Shown: positions 43,964 through 54,254 of the stretch, in pieces
Numbering within the stretch: position 1 is the stretch's first letter
How the letters are laid out: the number at the start of each line of letters is the position of its first letter
Translations under genes and position numbers: made by a program
Source of the DNA: Thermoanaerobaculia bacterium
GTDB taxonomy: Bacteria > Acidobacteriota > Thermoanaerobaculia > UBA5066
Direction of reading: 5' to 3'
DNA length: 64,000 bases
Assembly (NCBI GenBank): GCA_963719225.1
Contig: CAVRAY010000002.1
Location: 416,001 to 480,000, forward strand
Notes under the pieces: generated by a model
What the model saw: only the letters and a program-made list of their open reading frames with translations
The model's database searches: none
Told to the model about the DNA's origin: nothing

Positions 43964-44678
43964 GGATCGCCTCGAGCGCCCGGGCGGTGTCGGAGAAGTC
44001 CGCGAGGAGCGCGTGCGCCCCGGCGGCGCGGAGGGCGGGCAGCGCGGTGCGACCCGTGCCCACGGCGACGGCACGGGCGCCGAGCGAGAGGCCGCACGCG
44101 ACGTCGTGTCGTGAGTCGCCCACGACGACGCACTCTCTCCCGGTGAAGGAAAGGCCCGTGACGGGCCGGGCACGCATGAGCGCGACGGGACCCAGGTCAT
44201 CGCGGCACGCGCCGTCGTCGCCCCACACGCCGAACGTGAAACGGTGCCAGATGCCCGCGGAAGAGAGCTTGAGCCGCGCGCCGCGCTCCACGTTTCCGGT
44301 CAGGAGCGCCAGAACGAGGCCGGGGACGTTCTCGAGCGCGTCGAGAAGGGCGAGGACCCCCGGCTTGAGAACGGGGGGGCGCTCCTCGAGGGCGGCTTCC
44401 AGCCGGTCGAGGTAGAGCGCGAGCGCGTCGGCACGCCGTGCGGCGATCGTCTCGTCCGCGAGGCCCGCCCCTCGCATGAGGTCGGTCACGATCAGGGGAT
44501 CGAGGCGCCCTTCGAAGGCGTAGCCGTCGACGTCGCCGCTCGTGCCGTAGACCTCCTCGAGCGCCGACGCGAACGTCGTGCGCGCGGCGGGCCCGGTCGA
44601 GAGGAGCGTGCCGTCGACGTCGAACAGGATGAGGCGGTTCCGGGCGACGGCGCCCGGCGCGGCGCTCGTCGCGCTCAT
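43956..44678 (-). CDS. HAD-family hydrolase
   Basis: LFDVDGTL, LLTGN and VVGDSRHDV. Confidence 0.9.
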   Translation of the reverse strand: MSATSAAPGAVARNRLILFDVDGTLLSTGPAARTTFASALEEVYGTSGDVDGYAFEGRLDPLIVTDLMRGAGLADETIAARRADALALYLDRLEAALEERPPVLKPGVLALLDALENVPGLVLALLTGNVERGARLKLSSAGIWHRFTFGVWGDDGACRDDLGPVALMRARPVTGLSFTGRECVVVGDSRHDVACGLSLGARAVAVGTGRTALPALRAAGAHALLADFSDTARALEAILG

Positions 44679-45562
44679 CGCGCCCCCTCCGGCGGAGAAA
44701 GATGCGTGGAAAGCGTGCGCACGAATTCGGGAAACACTCGTCTCCAGTACGGCCAGTCGTGCACTCCGGTTTCCAGGACGACGGAATGGGGAATGGAAAA
44801 CGCCTCGAGATAGCGGTCGAGAAAGGATGCGATCTCCGCGAGGCGATACCGGTCCTCCGTGCCGCACCGGACGTGAAGGAAGGGAACGCGCGCCGCGAGC
44901 TGTGGGTCGTCCAGGAGCATGGCGTAGAGATCGTTCTGCCTCAGGACGTTCTTCACCGGGTCGACCCCGAACGCCTTCTCGAGCGACGGCCGGACGAAAA
45001 AGGGCATCGCCTGGACCGCCGGCCAGCACATCTGCTCGATCGCGGGTGACAGCCCGCCGGCCGCGCAGAAGAAAGCGGGCTCCGCGAACGCCCAGCGCAG
45101 GGCTCCATATCCGCCCATCGAGATCCCGGCGACGAGACGGGACCCGCGCGACGCGACCGTACGGTACCGCGCGTCCACGAACGGCACGAGCGTCCTGGTG
45201 AGGAACGTCGCATAGCGCGAGCCGCCCCCCTGCGCGTCGACGAACCAGGTCCCCACGCCGCGCGGCACCACGACGAGCATCTCGGGCAGACGGCCCTCGC
45301 GCATTTCCTTCTCGAGCGCGTCGGCGAGTCCCTGGCCGAAGAAGACGCTCTCGTCGCCGCGGCCGTCGTGGAGGAAATAGAGGACCGGGAATCGCCGCGC
45401 CGAATCGGACGCGTAGGAAGGCGGCGTCATCACGACGACACGCACCCCTTTCGGCAAGGCCGGCACGACCATTCGCTCTTCGAGGCGAGAGGCCGACGCG
45501 TGCGCCCGAAAGGGCATGAGCGCGACGAGAAGGGCGGCGGCGTGGAGTCCTAGTCGCGTCAA
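44675..45562 (-). CDS. secreted alpha/beta-hydrolase esterase
   Basis: PVLYFLHD, GISMGGYG nucleophile elbow, CGTED and GVHDWPYW. Confidence 0.88.
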   Translation of the reverse strand: MTRLGLHAAALLVALMPFRAHASASRLEERMVVPALPKGVRVVVMTPPSYASDSARRFPVLYFLHDGRGDESVFFGQGLADALEKEMREGRLPEMLVVVPRGVGTWFVDAQGGGSRYATFLTRTLVPFVDARYRTVASRGSRLVAGISMGGYGALRWAFAEPAFFCAAGGLSPAIEQMCWPAVQAMPFFVRPSLEKAFGVDPVKNVLRQNDLYAMLLDDPQLAARVPFLHVRCGTEDRYRLAEIASFLDRYLEAFSIPHSVVLETGVHDWPYWRRVFPEFVRTLSTHLSPPEGAR

Positions 45563-45598
45563 GCGGCCATTCTAAAGCGCCCCTGTTAACCTTGCGGG

Positions 45599-46360
45599 AT
45601 GCCCGGGTTGGAAGGGATGCGCGCGCGGATTCTCGAAGGCGAGACCGCCATCGTGACGGGCGGGGGGCGCGGTCTCGGCCGTGCGATCGCGCTCGTTCTG
45701 GCGGGCGCCGGGGCCACCGTCGCCGTCGCGTCACGCTCCGCCGACCAGGTCGAGCGCACGAAGAGGGAGATCGAAAGCGCGGGGGGAAAGGCGCTCGCGC
45801 TCGCGACGGACGTGACCTCCCGGACCGCGGTCGAGGCGCTCATAGAGAGGACGCGGGAGGCCACGGGGCGCCTCGACATCGTCGTGAACAACGCGGGCGT
45901 CTTCGTGTGGAAGGCGCTCGGCGATCTCGACGAGAGCGAGTGGGACCGCATCCTCGACACGAACCTCAAGGCGAGCTACCTGCTCGTGCGCGCCGCCCTG
46001 CCCTCTCTCGTCGCGTGCGGGCGCGGGCGAATCATCAACGTCGCGTCCATACACGGCACGATCGGCGAGGCGAACGTCGTGGCTCACTGTGCCGCGAAGT
46101 TCGGGCTCGTGGGCTTCACGAAAGCGCTCGCCGCCGAGCTGCGCGGCGCGGGCGTGACCGTCAACGCGATCTGTCCGGGCTCCACGGACAACAAGAGCCT
46201 CGAGATGACCGGCCGGCGCCGCGCGGCGCCTCTCCGGGAAAAGCTCGACGCGCACGACGTCGCCGAGGCCGCTCTCTTCCTGGTGTCCCCCGCGGCAGCC
46301 GCGATCTCGGGAGCGGTCCTCGACATCTGGGGCGGGACCTCGATCTCCATCACGGGCTGA
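45599..46360 (+). CDS. SDR family oxidoreductase
   Basis: TGGGRGLG, VNNAG, NVAS and NAICPG; the catalytic YxxxK appears as HCAAK. Confidence 0.88.
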   Translation: MPGLEGMRARILEGETAIVTGGGRGLGRAIALVLAGAGATVAVASRSADQVERTKREIESAGGKALALATDVTSRTAVEALIERTREATGRLDIVVNNAGVFVWKALGDLDESEWDRILDTNLKASYLLVRAALPSLVACGRGRIINVASIHGTIGEANVVAHCAAKFGLVGFTKALAAELRGAGVTVNAICPGSTDNKSLEMTGRRRAAPLREKLDAHDVAEAALFLVSPAAAAISGAVLDIWGGTSISITG

Positions 46361-47444
46361 GGCGCTGGCCCGTCTCCGCGTCGAAGAGGTGTAGGGCCGC
46401 CACGTCCGCGTAAAGCGCGAGCCGGGCGCCGGACTCGGGCGGGCGCGCCGGCGCCACGCGTGCCGCCACGGCGGTCCCGGGAGGAGCGCCGACGAATCCG
46501 TGGACGATGACTTCGTGGCCGAGCGGCTCCACCATCGCGACACGCACGTCCAGCGGCGCGCGCCCCGGTCCGGGCTCCTCGTACAGGTGCTCGGGCCGGA
46601 TGCCCACGACCACGCGCAGACCTTCGCGTCCCGCCGTGGCCGCGCGCCGGGCAGGAGGGATCGGGAGGACGAACCCGTCGCCCGACAGGGCCGCCCCTCC
46701 CTCTTCGACCCGGGCCGGCAGCCGGTTGATCGGAGGGGTGCCGAGGAAGCCCGCGACGAAGAGGTTCTGGGGGTTCCGGTACACGTCGAGCGGCGCGCCG
46801 ACCTGCTGGAGAAGCCCGTCGTTGAGAACGGCGATCCGGTGGCCGAGGGTCATCGCCTCGACCTGATCGTGCGTGACGTAGATCGACGTCGTCGCGTAGC
46901 GCTCCTGAAGGCGCGCGAGCTCGGCCCGCATCTGAACGCGGAGCGCGGCGTCGAGGTTCGAAAGCGGCTCGTCGAAGAGGAAGAGCGCGGGCCTGCGGAC
47001 CAGGGCGCGGCCGAGCGCGACGCGCTGGCGCTGCCCGCCGGAGAGCTGGCGGGGCGTGCGGTCGAGGTACGGCGAGAGGCCGAGGTACTCCGCCGCGTCA
47101 CGGAGCCGCTCCTCCGCCTCCTGGCGCGGCACCTTGCGCATCTCGAGGCCGAACGAGAGGTTCTCGCGGACGGTCATGTGCGGATACAACGCATAGCTCT
47201 GGAAGACCATCGCAATGTCCCTTTCGCGCGGCGCGACGCCGTTCACGACGCGGCCCCCGATCGAGATCGTGCCCTCGGTGGGCTCATCGAGGCCCGCGAT
47301 GAGGCGCAGCGCGGTCGACTTTCCGCAGCCCGAAGGGCCCACGAGAACGAGGAATTCGCCCGCGAGAACGTCCAGGTCGAGCCCGGAGAGGACTCGCGTC
47401 GTCCCGTAGGACTTGCCGACCTTGTCGAGACGGACTCCCTCCAC
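46350..47444 (-). CDS. sugar ABC transporter ATP-binding protein (MalK/UgpC-like)
   Basis: GPSGCGKS, LSGGQRQR, DEPLSNLD and VTHDQ; SD GAGGAGG. Confidence 0.95.
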   Translation of the reverse strand: MEGVRLDKVGKSYGTTRVLSGLDLDVLAGEFLVLVGPSGCGKSTALRLIAGLDEPTEGTISIGGRVVNGVAPRERDIAMVFQSYALYPHMTVRENLSFGLEMRKVPRQEAEERLRDAAEYLGLSPYLDRTPRQLSGGQRQRVALGRALVRRPALFLFDEPLSNLDAALRVQMRAELARLQERYATTSIYVTHDQVEAMTLGHRIAVLNDGLLQQVGAPLDVYRNPQNLFVAGFLGTPPINRLPARVEEGGAALSGDGFVLPIPPARRAATAGREGLRVVVGIRPEHLYEEPGPGRAPLDVRVAMVEPLGHEVIVHGFVGAPPGTAVAARVAPARPPESGARLALYADVAALHLFDAETGQRLSP

Positions 47445-47481
47445 GGGGCCTCCTCGCGGGATGTTAGGCCCGGAATCGCAC

Positions 47482-47525
47482 TTGACATCATTCACCCGGC
47501 TTTTACAGAATGTAAACGTTTACAT
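47482..47525 (+). promoter_or_regulatory. sigma70 promoter with LacI-type operator
   Basis: TTGACA at 47482-47487; perfect 16-bp palindrome ATGTAAACGTTTACAT (47510-47525) with central CG, between the divergent ATPase and lacI genes. Confidence 0.8.
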
Positions 47526-47532
47526 CGGCGCG

Positions 47533-48660
47533 ATGCGAGACTCGCGACTTCCCTCCGGGACCCGGCGTCCACGACCCAGGAGCGGCCGTCGGCAGAGGGA
47601 TGCCAGGACCGCGACGATCCGCGAGGTCGCACGGGCCGCCGGCGTTTCGGTCGCGACGGTCTCCCGCGTCTTGAACGGAAAGGGTCCGGTGCGCGAGGAC
47701 ACGACTCGCACCGTGCGGGCGGCGGCCGACCGCCTGCGGTACGTTCCTCACGGCGGCGCCCGGAGCCTCATCACCCGGCGGACGAACGCGATCGGCGTTC
47801 TCCTGCCCGATCTCTTCGGCGAGTTCTTCTCCGAGGCGATCCGCGGCATCGACCGCGAGGCGCGCCCGGCCGGATACCAGCTCCTCGTCTCGGGCTCCCA
47901 CGGCGACCGGGCCCAGGCCGAAGCGGCTCTCCGCGCGATGCGCGGCCGCGTGGACGGGCTCGTGGTCATGTCTCCGAACGTCGCCGGGCCGACCCTGAGC
48001 GCGAATCTCCCCGAAGGCTGGCCCGTCATGCTCCTGAACTGCGCCGTGGACGGGGCGGCCTTCGATTCGATCAACATCGACAACGAAGGCGGCGCCGCCG
48101 CGATGGTGACGCACCTCGTCGCGCTCGGCCATCGCCGCATCGCGCACGTGACGGGGCCCGCCGACAACTGGGACGCGCGGGAGCGCCTTCGCGGCTACCG
48201 GCGCGCCGTCCGGGCCCGAGGCGTGGAGGACAGACGCGAGCTCGAGGTCGCGGGCGACTTCACCGAGGAGTCCGGCTACCGGGCGGCCCGCCTCGTGCTC
48301 GGGATGAAGCCTGTCCCCACGGCGATCTTCGCGGCGAACGATTCCATGGCGGTCGGCCTCCTGAGCGCCTTCCAGGAGCTGGGGGTCCGGGTCCCAACCG
48401 ACATCGCGGTCGGCGGGTTCGACGACATTCCGATCGCGCGCTTCATGACGCCGCCCCTGTCCTCCGTCGCGGTCTCGATCGCGGACCTCGGCGCTCGCGC
48501 GATGGAGCGCCTGCTGACCGCTCTCGAGGATCCGCGCCGCCACGTCCCCCGCCATGAAACCCTGCCGACCCGCCTCGTCACGCGGCGCTCGTCCGGCAGC
48601 CGCTCGCCAAAGACTTCGGCATCGAGTCGTCACTTTCATACAAGGAGGAAGGATCAATGA
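47533..48660 (+). CDS. LacI family transcriptional regulator
   Basis: TIREVARAAGVSVATVSRVLN HTH; AANDSMA and GFDD. Confidence 0.95.
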   Translation: MRDSRLPSGTRRPRPRSGRRQRDARTATIREVARAAGVSVATVSRVLNGKGPVREDTTRTVRAAADRLRYVPHGGARSLITRRTNAIGVLLPDLFGEFFSEAIRGIDREARPAGYQLLVSGSHGDRAQAEAALRAMRGRVDGLVVMSPNVAGPTLSANLPEGWPVMLLNCAVDGAAFDSINIDNEGGAAAMVTHLVALGHRRIAHVTGPADNWDARERLRGYRRAVRARGVEDRRELEVAGDFTEESGYRAARLVLGMKPVPTAIFAANDSMAVGLLSAFQELGVRVPTDIAVGGFDDIPIARFMTPPLSSVAVSIADLGARAMERLLTALEDPRRHVPRHETLPTRLVTRRSSGSRSPKTSASSRHFHTRRKDQ

Positions 48661-51473
48661 GACAGCTCTTCACACGTCTTCTTTTCCTGGGTGCGCTCTG
48701 CGCGTGCGTGCCCGCCCTCGCGCAGACCACGACGGCGCGCCTGCAGGGGGTCATCCGCGACGCGCAGGGCCCGCTCCCGGGCGTGACCGTCGCGGCCGTC
48801 AACACGGAGAACGGGCTGCGGCGCGCCACGGTCACGGGGACGGACGGCGCTTACGAGCTCGTCGTGCCGCCCGGGCCGTATAACCTCACGGCGGGTACGC
48901 CCGCGCACCAGGAGCAGACGCAGGCGATCCGGGTCCAGGTCGGCCAGACGTTCGAGCAGAACTTCGAGCTGCAGCCGGGCAAGATGGTCACGGGAGCGGT
49001 TTCGGTCACGGCCGAGCTGACGCCCGAGGTGAAGTCGACGGAGGTCGCGACGAACGTCTCGAAGCAGCAGATCGAGGGCCTCCCTCAGATCAACCGCAAC
49101 TTCCTGAACTTCGTCGTCCTCGCCCCGGGCGCGCAGGTCTCGCACAACGAGCTGCGCCAGGAAATCAGCTACGGCGCCCAGGGCGCGTCGAACACGAACG
49201 TCTTCATCGACGGCACGAGCTTCAAGAACGACGTGACGCAGGGCGGCTCGGTCGGACAGGACGCGAGCCGCGGCAATCCTTTCCCCCAGAACGCCGTTCA
49301 GGAGTACCGCGTCATCACGCAGAACTACAAAGCCGAGTACCAGAAGGCCTCGAGCGTCATCATCTCGGCCGTCACGAAGTCCGGGACGAACGACTACCAC
49401 GGGGACGCCTTCTTCTACTACCAGAACAAGAGCCTCGTCGCCCAGGACAAGTTCACGCAGGCCCAGGGGGTCGCCAAGCCCGAGTACACGCGCTACCAGC
49501 CCGGCCTCTCTCTCGGCGGTCCGATCTCGAAGGACAAGCTCTTCTTCTTCTTTTCGTACGAAGGGAACTACCAGAACCGGGAGAACTCGGTCCTGCTCGG
49601 CGGCGACACGGGCTGGCCGCAATCTTTCCGAAGCACGTTCCAGAAGTACGTCGGGAACTTCCCGAGCGACTTTCGCGAGACAGTCGCCTTCGGCAAATTC
49701 TCGGCAATTCTCTCGGAGGGCTCGACGCTCGATCTCTCCGGCGACTGGAGACACGAGACCGACATCCGCGACTTCGGCGGCCAGACGAGCAATCAGGCCG
49801 CGACGAACGTCAAGAACGACGTCGGCAGCGCGCGCCTGAAGCACACCGGCATCTTCGGCAAGGTCCTGAACGAGGCGACGCTCGGCTGGCAGAAGTTCCG
49901 GTGGAATCCGGTCCCCGAGGACTCGAGTCTTCCCGGCCAGAACTACTTCGGCCTGATGCGGATCGGGTCGAAGGAGACGATCCAGGACATTTCGCAGAGC
50001 CGGTACTCGGTCCGCGACGACCTGACGCTGACGAGCTTCCAGGGAGCCGGCGACCACACCCTCAAGGGCGGGATCACGTTCGACTACCTGCAGTACCACG
50101 TCATCAAGCAGCAGAACGGCGTTCCGGTCTTCAACTTCCGCCCGGCCACCTTCAACGTCACGCCGGGCGACATGCCGTTCGAGGCGTTCTACGGCTTCGG
50201 GAACCCCGACCTCTCGACGAACAACAAGGAGTTCGGCATCTACGTCCAGGACGATTGGCGTATCACGCCGCGCCTGACCGCGAACATCGGCCTCAGGTGG
50301 GACTTCGAGACCGACATGCTGAACAACAACTACGTGACGCCCGCGAACGTGAGGGCCGGATTCTCGTCCGTCTACCCCTCGAACTACTTCACGGACGGCA
50401 CTCAGCGCGACACGTATTACGGCGCCGTTCAGCCGCGCATCGGCCTGTCCTTCGACGTCACGGGAGCCGGCAAGACCATCGCGTACGCCGGATACGGCAA
50501 GTACTACGACCGGACGCTCTACAACGACATCCTGGACGAGAAGTTCCGGCTTCAGTGGCCCACCTACCACTTCTTCTTCTCTGCGGACGGCAGCCCGCAG
50601 GACGGCAACCCCGCGATCAAGTGGGACCCCGCGATTCTCAGCGTCGCCGGCCTGAACAACCTGATCGCGAACGGCACCGCACCGGCGCCCGAGGTCTTCC
50701 TCCTGGACAACAACACGAAGCCGCCGTCTTCCGACCAGTGGAGCGCCGGTCTTCGCCACAACTTCGGCGTCTTCAGCGCGTCCGTCGGCTACATGGGCGT
50801 CCACAGCAAGGACCAGCTCACGTGGACGTGCGGCATCAAGAACTCCACGGGGGGCTGCGACTTCGGCGCGCGTCCGGCGGCGGGGCAGGGCTTCTCGATC
50901 CTCTCCCGCGGAAAGGAATCGTGGTACGACTCTGCCCAGGTCCAGCTCGACAAGCCCTGGAGGTCGGACTCGAAGTGGGCCGCGACCTTCTCGTACGTCT
51001 ACGGCTCTGCCAAGCAGACGGGAAACGACCTCTTCAGCTTCGGCAACCACGACCCGGTCTACGGCATCAAGCAGCGGAGCCCGAACGTCCAGAAGCACAC
51101 GATCACGGCCTCGGCCGTCGTCGGGCTGCCGTTCGACTTCCGCTTTGGAACGTTGATCACGCTCGGCTCGGGGTTCCCCTTCTTCGTCAACGACTGCTCG
51201 AAGGGCTTCGACGTCTGCGTCGAGAACATCGGCGGAGGCGACCCGCCGAAGTGGACGGAGAGCATCGACCTGCGCCTCGAGAAGAACTTCGTCTTCGGCG
51301 GCTCCTATTCGGTCGGCCTCATCGCCGAGGTCATCAACGTCTTCAATTTTTCGAACGAGCAGGGTTACGACAACTTCATCACGAAACTCCCCGAAGTGAA
51401 CGCGAACTTCGGCAAGCCGAACAGCGCCTACAACCCGCGCCGCGTGCAGTTCGGCGCGCGCTTCGCGTTCTGA
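48657..51473 (+). CDS. TonB-dependent receptor (Oar-like)
   Basis: Signal peptide, carboxypeptidase-regulatory-like N-domain, VTKSGTN, YVQDDW..TPRLTANIGLRWD and C-terminal PRRVQFGARFAF. Confidence 0.92.
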   Translation: MRQLFTRLLFLGALCACVPALAQTTTARLQGVIRDAQGPLPGVTVAAVNTENGLRRATVTGTDGAYELVVPPGPYNLTAGTPAHQEQTQAIRVQVGQTFEQNFELQPGKMVTGAVSVTAELTPEVKSTEVATNVSKQQIEGLPQINRNFLNFVVLAPGAQVSHNELRQEISYGAQGASNTNVFIDGTSFKNDVTQGGSVGQDASRGNPFPQNAVQEYRVITQNYKAEYQKASSVIISAVTKSGTNDYHGDAFFYYQNKSLVAQDKFTQAQGVAKPEYTRYQPGLSLGGPISKDKLFFFFSYEGNYQNRENSVLLGGDTGWPQSFRSTFQKYVGNFPSDFRETVAFGKFSAILSEGSTLDLSGDWRHETDIRDFGGQTSNQAATNVKNDVGSARLKHTGIFGKVLNEATLGWQKFRWNPVPEDSSLPGQNYFGLMRIGSKETIQDISQSRYSVRDDLTLTSFQGAGDHTLKGGITFDYLQYHVIKQQNGVPVFNFRPATFNVTPGDMPFEAFYGFGNPDLSTNNKEFGIYVQDDWRITPRLTANIGLRWDFETDMLNNNYVTPANVRAGFSSVYPSNYFTDGTQRDTYYGAVQPRIGLSFDVTGAGKTIAYAGYGKYYDRTLYNDILDEKFRLQWPTYHFFFSADGSPQDGNPAIKWDPAILSVAGLNNLIANGTAPAPEVFLLDNNTKPPSSDQWSAGLRHNFGVFSASVGYMGVHSKDQLTWTCGIKNSTGGCDFGARPAAGQGFSILSRGKESWYDSAQVQLDKPWRSDSKWAATFSYVYGSAKQTGNDLFSFGNHDPVYGIKQRSPNVQKHTITASAVVGLPFDFRFGTLITLGSGFPFFVNDCSKGFDVCVENIGGGDPPKWTESIDLRLEKNFVFGGSYSVGLIAEVINVFNFSNEQGYDNFITKLPEVNANFGKPNSAYNPRRVQFGARFAF

Positions 51474-51477
51474 CGAT

Positions 51478-52983
51478 GTGACCCTCACGGGCGGCCCTAC
51501 GCTCATCGCCAACCGGACGGGGCGAGCCTCGATCGCTCGCCCCGTCCTCTCTGCGCTCTCCGCCGCTGTTCTCGCGGCCGCCTGTGCGCGCCCGCTCGCG
51601 CCGTCGGTCGAATTCGCGCCCGTCGCCGTCGCGCGGGAGAAGGCCGCCCTCTCGGCCGAAGACGTCGCCTTCCTCGACGATCTCGAACAGCGCACGTTCC
51701 GCTGGTTCTGGGAAAAGACGAATCCGAGGAACGGCCTCGTGCCCGACCGCGAGCCGACGCCCTCTTTCTCGAGCGTGGCGGCCGTCGGCTTCGGGCTCGC
51801 GGCGTATCCGATCGGGGTCGAGCGGGGCTGGGTCACGCGCGAGGCGGCGCGCGAGAGGACGCTGACGACGCTGCGCTTCCTTCGAGACGCGCCGGTCGGA
51901 GAGGCCGCGGCCGGCGTGGCGGGCACTCGAGGCTTCCTCTATCACTTCCTCGACATGGAGACGGGCCGGCGCTTCGAGAAGGTCGAGCTCTCGACGATCG
52001 ACACGGCGCTCTGCCTCGCGGGCGCGCTCCTTTGCGAGTCCTATTTCGACGGACAGGATCCCGCAGAGGCCGAGGTGCGCGCTCTCGCCCAGGAGCTCTT
52101 CCGCCGGGCGGACTGGGAGTGGGCCTCGCCCCGCCCGCCGCGGATCTCCATGGGTTGGGCGCCGGAGAAAGGTTTTCTCGACTACGACTGGCTCGGCTAC
52201 AACGAGGCGATGATCGTCCACATACTCGCTCTCGGATCGCCGACGCATCCCGTCGGTGGGGAAGCGTGGACGGCCTACACGTCGACGTACCGCTGGGCCA
52301 CGTTTCAAGGCCAGACGTTCCTCAACTTCGCTCCCCTCTTCGGACACCAGTACTCGCACGTGTTCCTCGATCTCGAGGGTATTCGCGACGCGTATATGCG
52401 CGAAAAGGGAATCGACTATTTCGAGAACTCCCGGCGCGCGACGCTCGCCCAGAGGGAGTATGCGATCGCGAATCCCGGCGGCTTCGCGGGCTACGGCCCC
52501 GAGGTGTGGGGTCTCACGGCGTGCGACGGCCCCGCGGACGTGACGCTCGACGTGAACGGGCGCCGCGTGCGCTTCTTCAGCTACGCGGCGCGCGGCGCCG
52601 GGGCCGGCGACGTGCGCGACGACGGCACGCTCGCGCCGGCGGCGGCGGCGGGCTCGCTGCCGTTCACGCCGGAGCTGTCCGTGAAGGCGCTTCGGACGAT
52701 GGTGGGGCGCTGGGGCGACGACCTCTACGGCGCGTACGGCTTCCGCGACGCGTTCAACCCGACGTTCACGTTCTCCGCGGCGCTCAAGCACGGCCGCGTC
52801 GTGCCGCAGAAAGGCTGGTTCGACGTGGACGCGCTCGGGATCGACCAGGGACCGATCCTCGCGATGATCGAGAATCTCCGGAGCGGCCTCGTGTGGAAAA
52901 CGATGCGTAAAAACCCGGCAATCGTGCGCGGCCTGGTCCGCGCCGGATTCACGGGCGGATGGCTCGAGCGCGCGATTCCCTGA
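51478..52983 (+). CDS. glucoamylase-family lipoprotein, probable GH144 endo-beta-1,2-glucanase
   Basis: Lipobox LAAAC; GFLYHF, ELSTIDT, YNEAM, PLFGHQYSH, WGLTA, YGFRDAFN and GIDQGP. Confidence 0.8.
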   Translation: MTLTGGPTLIANRTGRASIARPVLSALSAAVLAAACARPLAPSVEFAPVAVAREKAALSAEDVAFLDDLEQRTFRWFWEKTNPRNGLVPDREPTPSFSSVAAVGFGLAAYPIGVERGWVTREAARERTLTTLRFLRDAPVGEAAAGVAGTRGFLYHFLDMETGRRFEKVELSTIDTALCLAGALLCESYFDGQDPAEAEVRALAQELFRRADWEWASPRPPRISMGWAPEKGFLDYDWLGYNEAMIVHILALGSPTHPVGGEAWTAYTSTYRWATFQGQTFLNFAPLFGHQYSHVFLDLEGIRDAYMREKGIDYFENSRRATLAQREYAIANPGGFAGYGPEVWGLTACDGPADVTLDVNGRRVRFFSYAARGAGAGDVRDDGTLAPAAAAGSLPFTPELSVKALRTMVGRWGDDLYGAYGFRDAFNPTFTFSAALKHGRVVPQKGWFDVDALGIDQGPILAMIENLRSGLVWKTMRKNPAIVRGLVRAGFTGGWLERAIP

Positions 52984-54254
52984 AGCGCGCCGGCGCCGCC
53001 CTCGCGATCCTGCTCGCGGCGGCGGCGTGCGTCCGGGGGCCGGGAACGCGCGCCGTCCGCTTCTGGGGGCTCGGCCGCGAGGGCGAAGTCGTGAAGGAGC
53101 TCCTCCCCGCGTTCCGCGAGCGGTACCCCGACGTCCGCGTGGAGGTCCAGCAGATCCCGTGGACGGCCGCGCACGAGAAGCTCCTGACGGCGTTCGTGGG
53201 CGAGTCGCTTCCCGACGTCGCGCAGATCGGCAACACGTGGCTTCCGGAGTTCCGGACGCTCGGGGCCCTCGAGGACCTCGGCCCGCGCGTCGCGCGCTCC
53301 TCCGTCGTCGCCCCCGAAAGCTACTTTCCCGGGATCTGGGACACGAATCTCGTCGACGGGGTCCTCTGCGGCGTGCCGTGGTACGTCGACACGAGGGTCC
53401 TCTTCTATCGCAAGGACCTCCTGAAGGCCGCCGGCGTCGCGGCGCCGCCGAAGACCTGGGACGAGTGGCTCGACGCGATGCGGAAGGTGAAGGCGCACGG
53501 CGGGCCGGGGCGCTGGGCGGTCCTCCTGCCGACGGACGAATGGGCGCAGCCCGTCATCTTCGGGCTCCAGAAGGGCGCGTCGCTCCTCACGGCGGACGGC
53601 GGCGACGCCGCGTTCCGGACGCGGGAGTTCCGCGAGGCCGCGACCTTTTACGTGAGCCTGTTTCGCGAAGGTCTCGCGCCGGCGCTCGCAAACACGCAGA
53701 TCGCGAACGTCTATCAGGAGTTCGCCGCGGGCGACTTCGCGATGTACGTCACCGGCCCGTGGAACCTCGGGGAGTTCCGGCGGCGCCTCCCCGCGTCGAT
53801 GAAGGACCTCTGGACGACCGCACCCCTGCCCGCGGCAGAGGGTCCCGGCCCAGGCGTCTCCCTCGCCGGCGGATCCAGCCTCGTCCTCTTCCGCACCTCG
53901 AAGCGGGGAGACGACGCCTGGAAGCTCATCGAGTTCCTGTCCGAGCCCGCGCAGCAGGTGCGTTTCTACGCGCTCGCGGGAGATCTCCCGGCCCGAAGGG
54001 ATGCGTGGACGGACCCTCTCCTCTCCGGAGATGCCGAGGCCCGAGCGTTCGAGGCGCAGCTCCATCACGTCGCGGCGACGCCGCGGATTCCCGAATGGGA
54101 GCAGGTAGCCCAGAAGGTCGCCGAGCACCTCGAGCCCGCGATCCGGGGCGTTGCCACCGTGGACGCGGTGCTCGCGTCACTCGACAAGGACGTCTCGGCG
54201 CTCCTCACGAAGCGCCGCTGGGTCCTCGAGAGGAAGGCGGCCCATGCGCGTTGA
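52959..54254 (+). CDS. sugar ABC transporter substrate-binding lipoprotein
   Basis: Lipobox AAAC; PDVAQIGNTW, VPWYVDTR.LFYRKDLL and PKTWDE. Confidence 0.9.
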   Translation: MARARDSLKRAGAALAILLAAAACVRGPGTRAVRFWGLGREGEVVKELLPAFRERYPDVRVEVQQIPWTAAHEKLLTAFVGESLPDVAQIGNTWLPEFRTLGALEDLGPRVARSSVVAPESYFPGIWDTNLVDGVLCGVPWYVDTRVLFYRKDLLKAAGVAAPPKTWDEWLDAMRKVKAHGGPGRWAVLLPTDEWAQPVIFGLQKGASLLTADGGDAAFRTREFREAATFYVSLFREGLAPALANTQIANVYQEFAAGDFAMYVTGPWNLGEFRRRLPASMKDLWTTAPLPAAEGPGPGVSLAGGSSLVLFRTSKRGDDAWKLIEFLSEPAQQVRFYALAGDLPARRDAWTDPLLSGDAEARAFEAQLHHVAATPRIPEWEQVAQKVAEHLEPAIRGVATVDAVLASLDKDVSALLTKRRWVLERKAAHAR

